The notes under the pieces are model-generated. The model ran no database searches. It was not told the origin of the DNA and saw only the letters and a program-made list of their open reading frames with translations. DNA of 64,000 bases from a virus. This document shows positions 36,735 through 46,600 of this stretch, piece after piece. The position numbers and the translations under genes were made by a program. The DNA is taken from the IMG/VR virus record IMGVR_UViG_3300036800_000041, positions 6,724 to 70,723 of that record; one strand, written 5' to 3'. Numbering within the stretch: position 1 is the first letter of the stretch; every line of letters starts with the position of its first letter.

Positions 36735-37675
36735 GACTGCTGGTCAAGCCATGTCAGACCAGGAGGTAGCACGGTCGACCAGGTGTGATCCGCGCCGCCA
36801 GTAGTGCCCGCGCCGCCTGGACTGGCACTGACAACGGTCAGACCTGCGAAGGGGTCATTACCTCCGGCAGTTGTCGGCGCGTCAGCGCCGCCTGCCGCAC
36901 CCGCGGCGCCGATCAAGGTACCGAGGATGGTCTGAAGGTCGCCAGCAATCAGGCTGGTGATATTAGGACTGGTCGATCGTGCGCCGCCGACAGTGGCCAC
37001 TTCGGCCTGCATGGATAACGCTATACTACGAAATCCCGTGCCCAGTGTAATGCCGCCAAAATCGTCATAGACTCCGACAATAAGACCATTTCTATACAGC
37101 GTGTGAAAATGCGCTAGTCCCCATGATTCAAGCCGAAGCCTGTCACCGATCTGATAGAAGCCAGCTCCCGTCACGACGTTTGTTATACCGCTGCTGCGTT
37201 GAACAATTGCCAGCGTCGAGTCCACCATTCGGAATCCGACACCTTGACTGCCGCTGCCGTTTTCGGGGTAATGCGTCAGTATGTCGGTGATCAGGCCTGT
37301 ATAGCCTTTGGACCCGACGATGACCTCGACATAAGAGTCGTCGGTTCCGGTTGTACCTTCACTACGCATGATGCTGGTGACGGTTCCAAGAATGGCCGCG
37401 ATACCGTCAGGAATCAGGAATTGGATCAGGTCACCGATAAAGGCAATGCCCGCGCCGATGAATGGGCCAATGATCGGTATCTCATCTACCCAAGCAGCAA
37501 CTTCGGAAAGCAGTCCACCGTCGACGTCTGATGCGATGGTGATAATGGGCATCGTCCATAGCGTTTCTTCGGTCAATGTATTGTTGACATAGATCACTTT
37601 GACGACTTGATTATTGCCCATGAACATGTTCATGGGTCCGCCCGGATCACCGCCCAGGGCTAGATCGAAAGACAT
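36731..37675 (-). CDS. minor tail protein
   Basis: In the tail operon; beta-rich lectin-like C-terminal region. Confidence 0.7.
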   Translation of the reverse strand: MSFDLALGGDPGGPMNMFMGNNQVVKVIYVNNTLTEETLWTMPIITIASDVDGGLLSEVAAWVDEIPIIGPFIGAGIAFIGDLIQFLIPDGIAAILGTVTSIMRSEGTTGTDDSYVEVIVGSKGYTGLITDILTHYPENGSGSQGVGFRMVDSTLAIVQRSSGITNVVTGAGFYQIGDRLRLESWGLAHFHTLYRNGLIVGVYDDFGGITLGTGFRSIALSMQAEVATVGGARSTSPNITSLIAGDLQTILGTLIGAAGAAGGADAPTTAGGNDPFAGLTVVSASPGGAGTTGGADHTWSTVLPPGLTWLDQQS

Positions 37676-38091
37676 TAGCTGGTAACGATATAGAGAGTGT
37701 TTGGGCTTTTCGGTGTCAGCGCAGTGTAATCGGAGCTATTGCATACGACGGCGGTCAATAGCACTGAATTTCCGTGAATATCAGTGACAGAGATAACGCC
37801 CGGACCACAGTTATTGGCGTTGATTGTGCCGTTGGCGATCTTGGCTCCGGTGACGGCCCCGTCGGCCAGGTTGCCGGTGGCTATACCGCCGTTGGCAATC
37901 TTAGGGGCCGTGATGGCGCCGTTTGCCATCTGATCGGTTCCCACTGCCCCGTCGGCTAACTTGTCGCCGGTGACGGTGCCGGGCTCGATCGTCATGGGCG
38001 CGACGTCACCAATTTCCTGGCGCACAGCAGTTGAGGGAAACCTGGACCCGGCTACAGCATCGGGGTCGAACAGAACGTTATTCAAACCCAT
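37675..38091 (-). CDS. minor tail protein with 10-aa KIANGAVT-type repeats
   Basis: KLADGAVGTD/QMANGAITAP/KIANGGIATG/NLADGAVTGA repeats; PNTLYIV terminus. Confidence 0.8.
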   Translation of the reverse strand: MGLNNVLFDPDAVAGSRFPSTAVRQEIGDVAPMTIEPGTVTGDKLADGAVGTDQMANGAITAPKIANGGIATGNLADGAVTGAKIANGTINANNCGPGVISVTDIHGNSVLLTAVVCNSSDYTALTPKSPNTLYIVTS

Positions 38092-38100
38092 GTTGACAGC

Positions 38101-38760
38101 CTAAAGCACCGGGAGGGCGAACAGGTCTAACCGCGTCGCACCGGTCAGGTAACTCGATTCGGTATCCAAGTTGCCGCCTTCGATGCCCGACGTCTCCCAG
38201 TAGTCGCTCGTAAAGTAGAGCTGAAGCTGTCCGGTGAACGTCACGCTGGGGGCTAATTTGTGCCAGCCGGTGCGCTCAGGTGCGAGGGGGAATGACGTGG
38301 CATTTTGGCGAACTTCCATGATGCAGTAAGCGGTACCGGCCGCCAAGATGCCGCCCAATCCCATATCGGCGCCACAGCCGAGCACCGAGCACGCGACCAG
38401 CGAATTGGTCAATTTCGTCAGGTCAGAGGGTATCGCCGTTTCGGCATAGCCACTAACCAAACTCAGGCCGCCGCGCGATCGGGCTTGAAGAGATACCCGG
38501 CAGCCATCGCGGGTGATGATGCCGTAGACCCACTGGTTAATCGGCGTGTCGTTCGTCCATGCCACCGTCAAATCTTGAAGCAGATCATTTTTTGTGACAG
38601 GTGAGCTGCTTGTGCTGGTAACTGTCGGCGCATAGCTGCCTGCCTTCGATGGCACACTGCCACTGGCAACTTGGCGGTACTGCATCCATGGCTGCGGTGC
38701 AATCGCTCCAACATCGTTTATCTGAAAGTGCAGAGGGTCAACGCATGTCGGGGCGCTCAT
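38101..38760 (-). CDS. minor tail protein
   Basis: One of three related adjacent genes (WTNDTP). Confidence 0.75.
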   Translation of the reverse strand: MSAPTCVDPLHFQINDVGAIAPQPWMQYRQVASGSVPSKAGSYAPTVTSTSSSPVTKNDLLQDLTVAWTNDTPINQWVYGIITRDGCRVSLQARSRGGLSLVSGYAETAIPSDLTKLTNSLVACSVLGCGADMGLGGILAAGTAYCIMEVRQNATSFPLAPERTGWHKLAPSVTFTGQLQLYFTSDYWETSGIEGGNLDTESSYLTGATRLDLFALPVL

Positions 38761-39365
38761 GTCGATCCTACCGGGGATGCTAGCGCTATCAACCGCGTCC
38801 AGTTCGCGGTCGCCTCCCATCGACCATCGAACTGCGACGGCTGAACCCATGTGTTCGGAGTCTGGATAGCGGCGATGTAGCGAAAATTAAACGTCCAATT
38901 CGGCGGCACGACACCGACGGGTGCATAGGTCTGGCAGTCGTCCATGTCTAGGAAATAACGCCCATAGAGAACGTTGGCGGGGTCGACAGACGGTCGATCG
39001 ATCTGAAGCCGGCCGCCCATCGAATCTGAATCGACGCTTGGATAATCGGCGGCTGTTCCGACCGGGCTGATCAGTGTCGTCCAGGCGTCTTGGATGATGA
39101 CTGTGTTGGGCGATTGCGCCACGATTGACCGCGGCGCGCGGTGAACGATCACACAGACATATTGCGAATCGTCGGTGTTGTTGTACCAGCTCAGATCGCC
39201 GGTGATCATCGTTACCGGGTCAGGACTGATCGAAACCTGACCGTCCTTGGTCGATTGCAGGAATGCTTCTTTGACCACGCGCGGTAACCAGTCTTGTGCA
39301 ACGCCGAGACCGTCGACCGTTGACAGCATGTATTCAAAGCTGCAAATTTTGAGGTTATTGGCCAT
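38757..39365 (-). CDS. minor tail protein
   Basis: WYNNTD; related to its neighbours. Confidence 0.75.
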   Translation of the reverse strand: MANNLKICSFEYMLSTVDGLGVAQDWLPRVVKEAFLQSTKDGQVSISPDPVTMITGDLSWYNNTDDSQYVCVIVHRAPRSIVAQSPNTVIIQDAWTTLISPVGTAADYPSVDSDSMGGRLQIDRPSVDPANVLYGRYFLDMDDCQTYAPVGVVPPNWTFNFRYIAAIQTPNTWVQPSQFDGRWEATANWTRLIALASPVGST

Positions 39366-39442
39366 TAGCGTGTCGCAATCAGCGCGATGATCACGAACAG
39401 AGTCATGGCGGCGGCACTCAGGAATGCCAACGACGCGATCAT
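39365..39442 (-). CDS. 25-aa single-TM peptide
   Basis: MIASLAFLSAAAMTLFVIIALIATR; ATGA and TAATG overlaps. Confidence 0.55.
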   Translation of the reverse strand: MIASLAFLSAAAMTLFVIIALIATR

Positions 39443-40092
39443 GGTTGCCCTGAGCTATCGATGACACCTTGGACGGTCGGACCTTGCTGCGGGAACACGA
39501 TCAGCTGGAGCCGCGACCAGCCGGCTTCGGCGTCATGGGTGGGTGCGTTCTTGTTGGCGTTGTCCGACCAAGGCGGCGGTGTCCAGACGTACGCCCGATA
39601 CCAGAGATTGAACACATCGCCGGGGTTTAGCGTTAACGGAACCCACTCGTCGCCGCTATTGCTGCCCAGCCACGCGGTGAATACGCCGGGCAGCGGTTCA
39701 GCGACGGTATCGGTTCCCAGGTCACCTGCCAAGCCAGCTTGGCCGTTCAAGATCGCACTGGTGATCGGCTCAACAGCGTCAGCGTTGATCTGCCATGCCC
39801 AACGATCGCGGAACTGGACCGCGTTGGGATTGCTGGTCACAACCTTTTTCCAGCGCCGGATTACCCGAATCAGCATCGTGTGGCCGACAGGTGAATCGTT
39901 AACCCATTGCGCCTGATGATCCATCAGCAGAACGCCGGGGCTCGTCGTCGTTTCGACCACTGCCCCGTCCCCGGATGACAGGATCGAAACGTCGTGAACC
40001 AGGCGTGGCACCGACCATTTAGCCATCTGGAGCAGTCCGGTAACGATGTCAGAGGTCAGGTTTTCCCCGATGCAGACTTGCGACGTGACCAT
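39439..40092 (-). CDS. minor tail protein
   Basis: WVNDSP; related to its neighbours. Confidence 0.75.
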   Translation of the reverse strand: MVTSQVCIGENLTSDIVTGLLQMAKWSVPRLVHDVSILSSGDGAVVETTTSPGVLLMDHQAQWVNDSPVGHTMLIRVIRRWKKVVTSNPNAVQFRDRWAWQINADAVEPITSAILNGQAGLAGDLGTDTVAEPLPGVFTAWLGSNSGDEWVPLTLNPGDVFNLWYRAYVWTPPPWSDNANKNAPTHDAEAGWSRLQLIVFPQQGPTVQGVIDSSGQP

Positions 40093-40104
40093 TCAGCTAG
40101 CCTA

Positions 40105-40566
40105 TTACGCCGCTGCCAAAATGTTCTGGTAAGCAATGCCAGTCAGGGGCCAGTTCACCGTGAAGTTACCGGCCGCCGGGGACTTACCCCCGCCGAAATT
40201 GATCAGCGTGGCCAGTGGGCGTGTCGCGTCGGTTGACGGTGTTGAATCGTAGACGACGCCGTAGTAGGCCGTGAACACTGCAGAGTTCCATTGCGGCGTC
40301 GTGGTCGTGGTCCATAGCCATCGACCTACGGTGATGTCCCACGTCAGCGCCAGGCCCGCTAGCGTGATGCCTCCGGCGGTGTAGCCGGTGCCGCTAATTT
40401 CGTTGGCTCCTAGATCGCTTTTGAATTGATGACCTCCGATACCTGATGTGTTAGGTATGTAATCATTGCTTAACAGCATGAATTTCCAGGTGTCACCGGT
40501 TAAATTACATAGCTGGTGTGCTGCTGATTTATAGAAGTTTGCATATTGAACCGCTGTTTCCGCCAT
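40105..40566 (-). CDS. tail-associated structural protein
   Basis: EISGTGYTAGG..L, F...W...GI motif of tail-fibre accessory proteins. Confidence 0.75.
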   Translation of the reverse strand: MAETAVQYANFYKSAAHQLCNLTGDTWKFMLLSNDYIPNTSGIGGHQFKSDLGANEISGTGYTAGGITLAGLALTWDITVGRWLWTTTTTPQWNSAVFTAYYGVVYDSTPSTDATRPLATLINFGGGKSPAAGNFTVNWPLTGIAYQNILAAA

Positions 40567-40586
40567 TTTTCGAATAGACCTTTCTT

Positions 40587-43500
40587 CTAACTCCAATTAC
40601 CGACTGTTTGGACGCCTTGTGCGCCAATGGGCATGATTCTGAAGTAACTGCCCGCTCCGACCTGCACTGAGGGGCCTTGAGCACCGGAGGTCATGGAGAC
40701 CTGCGGGACAACGGTTCCAGCAGTACTGATCACGATCCGGCCCTTGATGAGAACCTGGCCGACCGTGTTGGCGTTGGCGCCCGTCAACGCTGTGGTCGCT
40801 GTGGTGTTATAGCTGAGGAATGGGGAGGCTGCACCGGCAGCCTTAGCGGCCAAGGCAACCCACTGCTGGCTGGCGATAGTTGCGCCGCCGGATGATCCGG
40901 GTACCAGAGCGAACCCGAATTGGCCGGAAACAGCCGCCATTGCAGACAGCGAGAATGCGCACTCGAAAAGATAAGCACCCACGCCGAGTTGAACCGCGCC
41001 ATTAGTGGAGGCGTTGAGCAACTGTTGTGCCGCCGTTTGTTGTGTGAGCGTATAGGCGCTGGTCAGTACGCAGAACTGCTCGGTGTCGATAAGTTGGCGG
41101 GTACTGGCTAGCGCGGTGGCGTAGAAAACGGTTCCGTCGAACTCCTCGGCACCTGCGGCGGGAGTGGTCAGGTTCGATCCGGACGTGAATGTCAGGGGGG
41201 CAACGCTTGTGGTGCCTGCGGGCAGCGTGATCGCGCCAGAGCCGCCTGAGCCTTGCGGTCCCTGCGCACCCTGAGCACCCGCTGATCCTTGTGCCCCGGC
41301 CGACCCCTGCGGTCCCGCTGATCCTTGTGCCCCGGCCGACCCCTGCGGTCCCGCTGATCCTTGCGGACCCGTTGCGCCAACCGTGTTCCAGTCAGCGGCA
41401 GCGGTCGGCGTCGCTTTCTGGGACCGGAACGCCATCGCGGTGCCCGCCGGCACCGTGGTAATAGTGTTCGCCCCGGACGATTGCACTGTGACAGCACCCG
41501 TGCTCTGGTTAACGATCACCATGTCGTATCCGACAGGAACCGAAGTCGTTGGAAGCTTGACGGTTTGCGTAGTGGTGCCGGTAAAAACCTGGACTTGGGT
41601 GCTGGTGATCGTCAAAGTTGTGGTTCCGGCAGCCGTAACTGTCGATGTCGACAGGCGAATGAACGCATTCGCCGACATGTCTAGGCTGCCATCCCATTCG
41701 GCGACGGTGTTTGCCGTCGGTGTGGACGTGCCCCCTGCTACCGAGCCCTGCGGTCCTTGGAATCCTTGCGCCCCGGCCGCGCCTTGGGCCCCGGCTGCGC
41801 CTTGAGCGCCAGCAGAGCCTTGAGCACCCGCAGCACCTTGTGCGCCGACGGAACCTTGCGCCCCAACACTGCCCTGTGGGCCGCTCGATCCTTGCGGACC
41901 CTGCGGGCCTTGTGTCCCTTGAAATGCCCAGTTCGCCGCCGTGGTCGGGGTGATCACCCGCGCGGTGAACAGCATCGACGTGCCGGGAGGCACGGTCGAG
42001 ATAGTGTTGGCCCCCGAGGACTCGACGGTGACCACACCAGTGCCGGTGCAACTATTGATGATCAGGAATTGCAAGCCGGCTGGAACACTTGCTGTCGGCA
42101 GTTTGATGAGCTGGTTAGTGTTGGTGCCGGTGATTTCCTGAGTACCGGCCGACGAAATAGTAAGCGTTATCAGCGATGCGCTCGCTGCGGTGGTGGCGAA
42201 TCCCTGAATGAAGTTGTTTGCGCTGAAATTGACAGAGCTGTCCCATTCGGCCACTGAGTTTGCCGTTGGAGTTGACGTTCCACCTACTACCGAACCCTGC
42301 GGACCTTGGAATCCTTGCGCTCCGGCCGCACCTTGCGCTCCGGCCGCACCTTGCGCTCCGGCCGCACCTTGAGAACCTGCTGCGCCTTGAGAACCTGCTG
42401 CGCCTTGTGGGCCAGTCGGTCCCTGTGGGCCTTGCGGTCCTGCAGCGAGGTAACCGTTATCCCATGTCCCGGCTGTGGTGCCGTTGGCCATCAAAGTGAA
42501 TCGCGCCAGAGTTCCGGCCGACATCGGCTGTAATGTCGAGCCGCCGTTGGTTTTAACGGTGACTATGCCGGTGGACCGGTTAGCGATCCAGAACGAGCGC
42601 CCGACGCCTAACGTCGTCGCATCCGGCAGCACCACCGACTGCGTGGTAGTTCCGGTGAACTGCTGAAAGTCTTTGCTGCTCACCGTCAGAGTCGTGGTAC
42701 CGGCCGCTGTCGCAGTGGTCGCGGTGCCGACAAGCAGCGTGGTATTGGTTAACGTCTGGGTAGCTGTCAACCCGGCGAGGGTGTCGTTGATCGGTGGCAT
42801 CACCAGCGTGACGGGGTTAGCGCCCTGCAAGACCAAAGTCTGCTCTAGCAGCATGTATTGGCCGCCGAACGCGGAGAAAGCGTTGTATTGCGGCCACCAG
42901 GATGTTGCGGTAGTCGGAGTCGCTGTCAGTGCGGTGATTAGGGCTGAGCCGACGCCGCCACCGTAAATGATAATGATGGGTGTACCGTCACTGGCCTGCA
43001 CTGTGACCGTGCCCGTGGACTGGTTGAGGATGTAATAACCCATGCCTTCGACCACGCCGGTTGAAGGCAGTTTAATCGTCTGATTCGCGCTACCGGTGAC
43101 GACCTGGATACCGTCGGATGCCGCTGTCAGCGTGGTCGTAGTGCCCGCTGAGGTGATGCTGCTGCCGAGCGTGATCAAGTTGTGCGCGCTCAAGTTAACG
43201 TTGGTATCCCACTGAGCGTTAGTACTCGCCGTCGGGGTACTGGTACCGCTACCACCGCCGCCGCCGGTTCCCTGCGGGCCTTGTGCGCCCTGAGCGCCAG
43301 CCGCACCTTGAGCGCCGACTGCACCTTGTGGACCAGCGCCTTGTGGCCCCTGTGGTCCTGTCGGCCCTTCCCACACGAATCCTGAACCGCTGGCAGGGAA
43401 TGCGGTGCCTGACCAGATGTAGAGTAGGCCATCGCTGGCCACTATCCAGCCTTTTGTCGCGTCCCCGGAGCCTAGGCCGGAGGGCAGTGCAGCATAATTG

Positions 43501-44000
43501 GCAACTTGACCAACAAGAATGAATCCTGTTCCAGGGGCGCCGATTGCACCGGCCGGACCTTGCGGTCCGCGAATTGAGGTGACGGTTTGCACCCATTCGT
43601 TCTCAGAACCGGTGACGTTGACGTAATTCCAGACTGAACCGTCACTGCCAATGGCGACGTCGCCTAGCAGTGGCGATAAGTACATCGATGACAAGGTGCC
43701 GTAGATACGTGGCATTGCACCGGTCGGACCGATGACGCTGAGGGTATCGGCCCAGAAGTTATAGGACGCTGAATATATCCGCAGGATGCCCTTGGTGGGT
43801 CCGGCGACGACAACTTGCCAGTCGCCGGTGTTCGGCCAAACGACGTTGACAAATGGCGGATCGTCAGTGGTAGTGCCGAAGATCCGGGTGCCGGACTGTC
43901 CCGCCTGCCCAGTTGGGCCGCGCAGCCCGTAGGACGCGAGCAGCACACCGCCCAGTGCGGTGGCCTCGTCAGAGGCGATGGGGTCGAATACGTCGGTCAC
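40587..44000 (-). CDS. collagen-like tail fibre protein
   Basis: Several (G-X-Q/A) tracts alternating with four repeats of a TTTLT..S..Q..TG..Q.VKLP...I.N.STG.VTV domain. Confidence 0.85.
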   Translation of the reverse strand: MTDVFDPIASDEATALGGVLLASYGLRGPTGQAGQSGTRIFGTTTDDPPFVNVVWPNTGDWQVVVAGPTKGILRIYSASYNFWADTLSVIGPTGAMPRIYGTLSSMYLSPLLGDVAIGSDGSVWNYVNVTGSENEWVQTVTSIRGPQGPAGAIGAPGTGFILVGQVANYAALPSGLGSGDATKGWIVASDGLLYIWSGTAFPASGSGFVWEGPTGPQGPQGAGPQGAVGAQGAAGAQGAQGPQGTGGGGGSGTSTPTASTNAQWDTNVNLSAHNLITLGSSITSAGTTTTLTAASDGIQVVTGSANQTIKLPSTGVVEGMGYYILNQSTGTVTVQASDGTPIIIIYGGGVGSALITALTATPTTATSWWPQYNAFSAFGGQYMLLEQTLVLQGANPVTLVMPPINDTLAGLTATQTLTNTTLLVGTATTATAAGTTTLTVSSKDFQQFTGTTTQSVVLPDATTLGVGRSFWIANRSTGIVTVKTNGGSTLQPMSAGTLARFTLMANGTTAGTWDNGYLAAGPQGPQGPTGPQGAAGSQGAAGSQGAAGAQGAAGAQGAAGAQGFQGPQGSVVGGTSTPTANSVAEWDSSVNFSANNFIQGFATTAASASLITLTISSAGTQEITGTNTNQLIKLPTASVPAGLQFLIINSCTGTGVVTVESSGANTISTVPPGTSMLFTARVITPTTAANWAFQGTQGPQGPQGSSGPQGSVGAQGSVGAQGAAGAQGSAGAQGAAGAQGAAGAQGFQGPQGSVAGGTSTPTANTVAEWDGSLDMSANAFIRLSTSTVTAAGTTTLTITSTQVQVFTGTTTQTVKLPTTSVPVGYDMVIVNQSTGAVTVQSSGANTITTVPAGTAMAFRSQKATPTAAADWNTVGATGPQGSAGPQGSAGAQGSAGPQGSAGAQGSAGAQGAQGPQGSGGSGAITLPAGTTSVAPLTFTSGSNLTTPAAGAEEFDGTVFYATALASTRQLIDTEQFCVLTSAYTLTQQTAAQQLLNASTNGAVQLGVGAYLFECAFSLSAMAAVSGQFGFALVPGSSGGATIASQQWVALAAKAAGAASPFLSYNTTATTALTGANANTVGQVLIKGRIVISTAGTVVPQVSMTSGAQGPSVQVGAGSYFRIMPIGAQGVQTVGNWS

Positions 44001-44236
44001 AGGGCGTTATCCGAACCGGAGTGAGTAGGGGTAGTTAGTTCATGTGTATAGAGGAGGTTCGATTCTTGGTCTTCGCCAGTCGCTCCCTCTGTGGAGACAA
44101 CCTGGTAGGTTCCCATTCGTCCCTGAGCGCCCTCGGGTACTGGTTTGTATCCGCGGGAAATGTCGCCAGGAATGCCTTGCACCCCTTGCGATTCAGTGAC
44201 ACCCTGAGCCTGCGTCGAGCCTTGTGGTCCGGTCAT
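43997..44236 (-). CDS. small hypothetical protein with degenerate GxQG repeats
   Basis: GAGGAG RBS; GTGA overlap. Confidence 0.55.
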   Translation of the reverse strand: MTGPQGSTQAQGVTESQGVQGIPGDISRGYKPVPEGAQGRMGTYQVVSTEGATGEDQESNLLYTHELTTPTHSGSDNAL

Positions 44237-44246
44237 TTCATTCTCC

Positions 44247-44633
44247 TCATGGTAGTACCTCGTTGACAAGCCCTTGTCTAATTCGCAGCCCTCCGAAAGT
44301 TCCTTCGGGCATCCACACCTGCTGCCACGGCGTCGACACCGGTATGGCGTCAGCGATCGTGTTGGGCACCAACATCTCTGCCCCGGCCCCGAAAACTTGA
44401 AATTCCCACACTGACATGCCGCTGATCGAATACCCTTCCGGCGCACCATAAGACAAATCGGGAATGTCGAAAACCAGGAACAGTCTGCCCATCTGGAAGC
44501 TTTTCGGGTTACCCGACGCTGAGCCATCGCTGTTCATGGACTGCAACTGATATGTCCAATGAAAGTCGCGACCACGGGCCAGCCACAATGTGACCGAGGG
44601 CAGGGGCATACCTAAGTCCTCACCTTCACTCAT
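44247..44633 (-). CDS. minor tail / fibre-associated protein
   Basis: TLWLARGRDFHW motif; position in the tail operon. Confidence 0.7.
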   Translation of the reverse strand: MSEGEDLGMPLPSVTLWLARGRDFHWTYQLQSMNSDGSASGNPKSFQMGRLFLVFDIPDLSYGAPEGYSISGMSVWEFQVFGAGAEMLVPNTIADAIPVSTPWQQVWMPEGTFGGLRIRQGLVNEVLP

Positions 44634-46036
44634 GGGCTCACTGACGCCGTTATGCCGGTTACCGGCACGTAGGAATCCAGTGCCGTCATTATCGCTGCGC
44701 CGTTTGGGCTTCCGATTCCACTGACCAGATCACGGCCTGTCTTCATGGGATACACACCACTGCCGTTAGGCCAACTGGACACGTCGTAGTCGGAATAGGC
44801 AGTGGGGCCGATGGGCCACATTTGCGTGATCAGCGGGGTACCGGTGCCGGGCCAGTTTCCGGTCGGCGCCGTCCCGAGCGCTCCAGCGACCAGGCCAGAG
44901 TTACCGTCCCCCAAAGTTGAGTTAGCTCCGATGAACGCAGCGATTCGAGGATTCATCTCATCGCCCTCGACGTTGGTTTCGACAATATCGTAGAAACATT
45001 CCGGGTGCTTCAATGCGAAATCCATAAATGAAAAAGGACGCCCGAAATGCTGCACCATCAGGGTGTGCATCGCTGCCATCAGTGCGGCTGAGCCCGACGT
45101 GGATGAGTGATCTATCCAGGCGGTTATCGGTAATGTGCCGGCGTCAATAGGGCATGGAATACCGTTCTCCGGGTCTCCGAAACACGTTACAAACGGCACT
45201 TGTGTGTCGGGGAAATACTTGGAGATACCGCCGCCTGAAAATGTGCATGCCTTTTCGTTTATCCGGTTGCCGCTACCGTCGAGAAATAAATTCGTGCAAC
45301 CGACCGTAACATTGCTCGGGCAGTCCTGAGGATATCCGACAGCCGGGATAAAGCCTTCCCCGAAATTAGGACGGCCCGTATTGTTGGGGTACGGCCCGGC
45401 GTCAGCACCAAAGTCGCCCGAAGAGTTGAAGAAACTGACGCCGCGGCCCCGTGCCTCGGAAAGCATGTCCTCCATTTCCATGATCAGACTCTCGGGTATG
45501 CCTATCTCATCGCCATAGCCCCACGAACAGCTCACCAGGTCGCATTCGGCGAGTGCCCGCGCTATCGTGTCGTTGAACGCTTGAAAGGTGCCGGCCTGTG
45601 AGGTGTATGTCCTAATCTCCGCACCGGGAATGATCGGCACCATTGCACACAAGTCCAGCATCCATTCTCCAGTCCCGCCGGCCGGGTTTGGTGGGAGACC
45701 ATCGATCCTGATATTGGAAATGTTCAAGGTCTTGGTGACACCTAGCAGATTGGCGTATGCCTGTAAGACCGTGGTCTGCGGCTGAGCGCCAAACTCAATG
45801 ACGCCGACCTTGACGCCCGTCCCGTCGAGTGTGTCGGGGAGGCCATAACCTTTGGCGACGTCTACGGCGGTGATGAAAGGACTGCCATCGGTGTGGGTGA
45901 TGATCGGGGGCAGCGTCGGTATAACGACGGTCGGCCATACTTGTTGAACGCCGATAGCGATACCGGCCAGCGCCCCGAACGTCGAATGGCGAAAATCTCC
46001 GCCGACGATAAGATGCTGACCGAGTGCGACTCCCAT
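44630..46036 (-). CDS. S53 (sedolisin-like) peptidase in the tail module
   Basis: GVKVGVIEFG, GEWMLD, SCSWG, SSGDFG, SGGGIS, STSGSAALMAA, DLVSGIGSP. Confidence 0.8.
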   Translation of the reverse strand: MGVALGQHLIVGGDFRHSTFGALAGIAIGVQQVWPTVVIPTLPPIITHTDGSPFITAVDVAKGYGLPDTLDGTGVKVGVIEFGAQPQTTVLQAYANLLGVTKTLNISNIRIDGLPPNPAGGTGEWMLDLCAMVPIIPGAEIRTYTSQAGTFQAFNDTIARALAECDLVSCSWGYGDEIGIPESLIMEMEDMLSEARGRGVSFFNSSGDFGADAGPYPNNTGRPNFGEGFIPAVGYPQDCPSNVTVGCTNLFLDGSGNRINEKACTFSGGGISKYFPDTQVPFVTCFGDPENGIPCPIDAGTLPITAWIDHSSTSGSAALMAAMHTLMVQHFGRPFSFMDFALKHPECFYDIVETNVEGDEMNPRIAAFIGANSTLGDGNSGLVAGALGTAPTGNWPGTGTPLITQMWPIGPTAYSDYDVSSWPNGSGVYPMKTGRDLVSGIGSPNGAAIMTALDSYVPVTGITASVSP

Positions 46037-46587
46037 TACGCGCCCCCGTCAAACCAAACATACAATGTGGATGGATCGGGACTTGAGATAGCCTCCCAAT
46101 CAGCTTGAGTAGCAAGCATTAAAACGTTTAAGGTTTGTGGCCCTTGAGCCCCGACTACACCGGCCACGGACACGGTTCCTGATGGTCCCGCAGCCCCTTG
46201 CGGACCTGTGACTCCCACCGGGGATGTGCCATTGATGATCTTCCAATGCCTACTTACACCGCTATCACGGCTGATGACTTGAAATTCCAGCGTGTCTCCG
46301 GCACTCCCGAGAGACACGTTTGTAGACCCTCCATCGAACGTGTCGGAACCATTGCAAGCGAAGGTGATTGTGTTGGTGTTGGCGTCGAGGACGTATTTTT
46401 CCACGATCATGCCCGCACCAATGGTGGTGATCGAGGACAGTGACGGCAGGGTTATCGCCATCGGGCCGGCCACGATACGACTGTCGTAAGTGTTGATGAA
46501 TCCGACCTGTGGTGTGACCGCGGTCGTATTGACCGGCAACGTCGGATAAGCAGTTTTACCTACTCGCGGAGTCGGAGGTGTTGTCAT
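46036..46587 (-). CDS. minor tail protein with short collagen tract
   Basis: ITLP domain, GPQG, PDPSTLY terminus. Confidence 0.75.
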   Translation of the reverse strand: MTTPPTPRVGKTAYPTLPVNTTAVTPQVGFINTYDSRIVAGPMAITLPSLSSITTIGAGMIVEKYVLDANTNTITFACNGSDTFDGGSTNVSLGSAGDTLEFQVISRDSGVSRHWKIINGTSPVGVTGPQGAAGPSGTVSVAGVVGAQGPQTLNVLMLATQADWEAISSPDPSTLYVWFDGGA

Positions 46588-46600
46588 GAGAACTTTCCGA

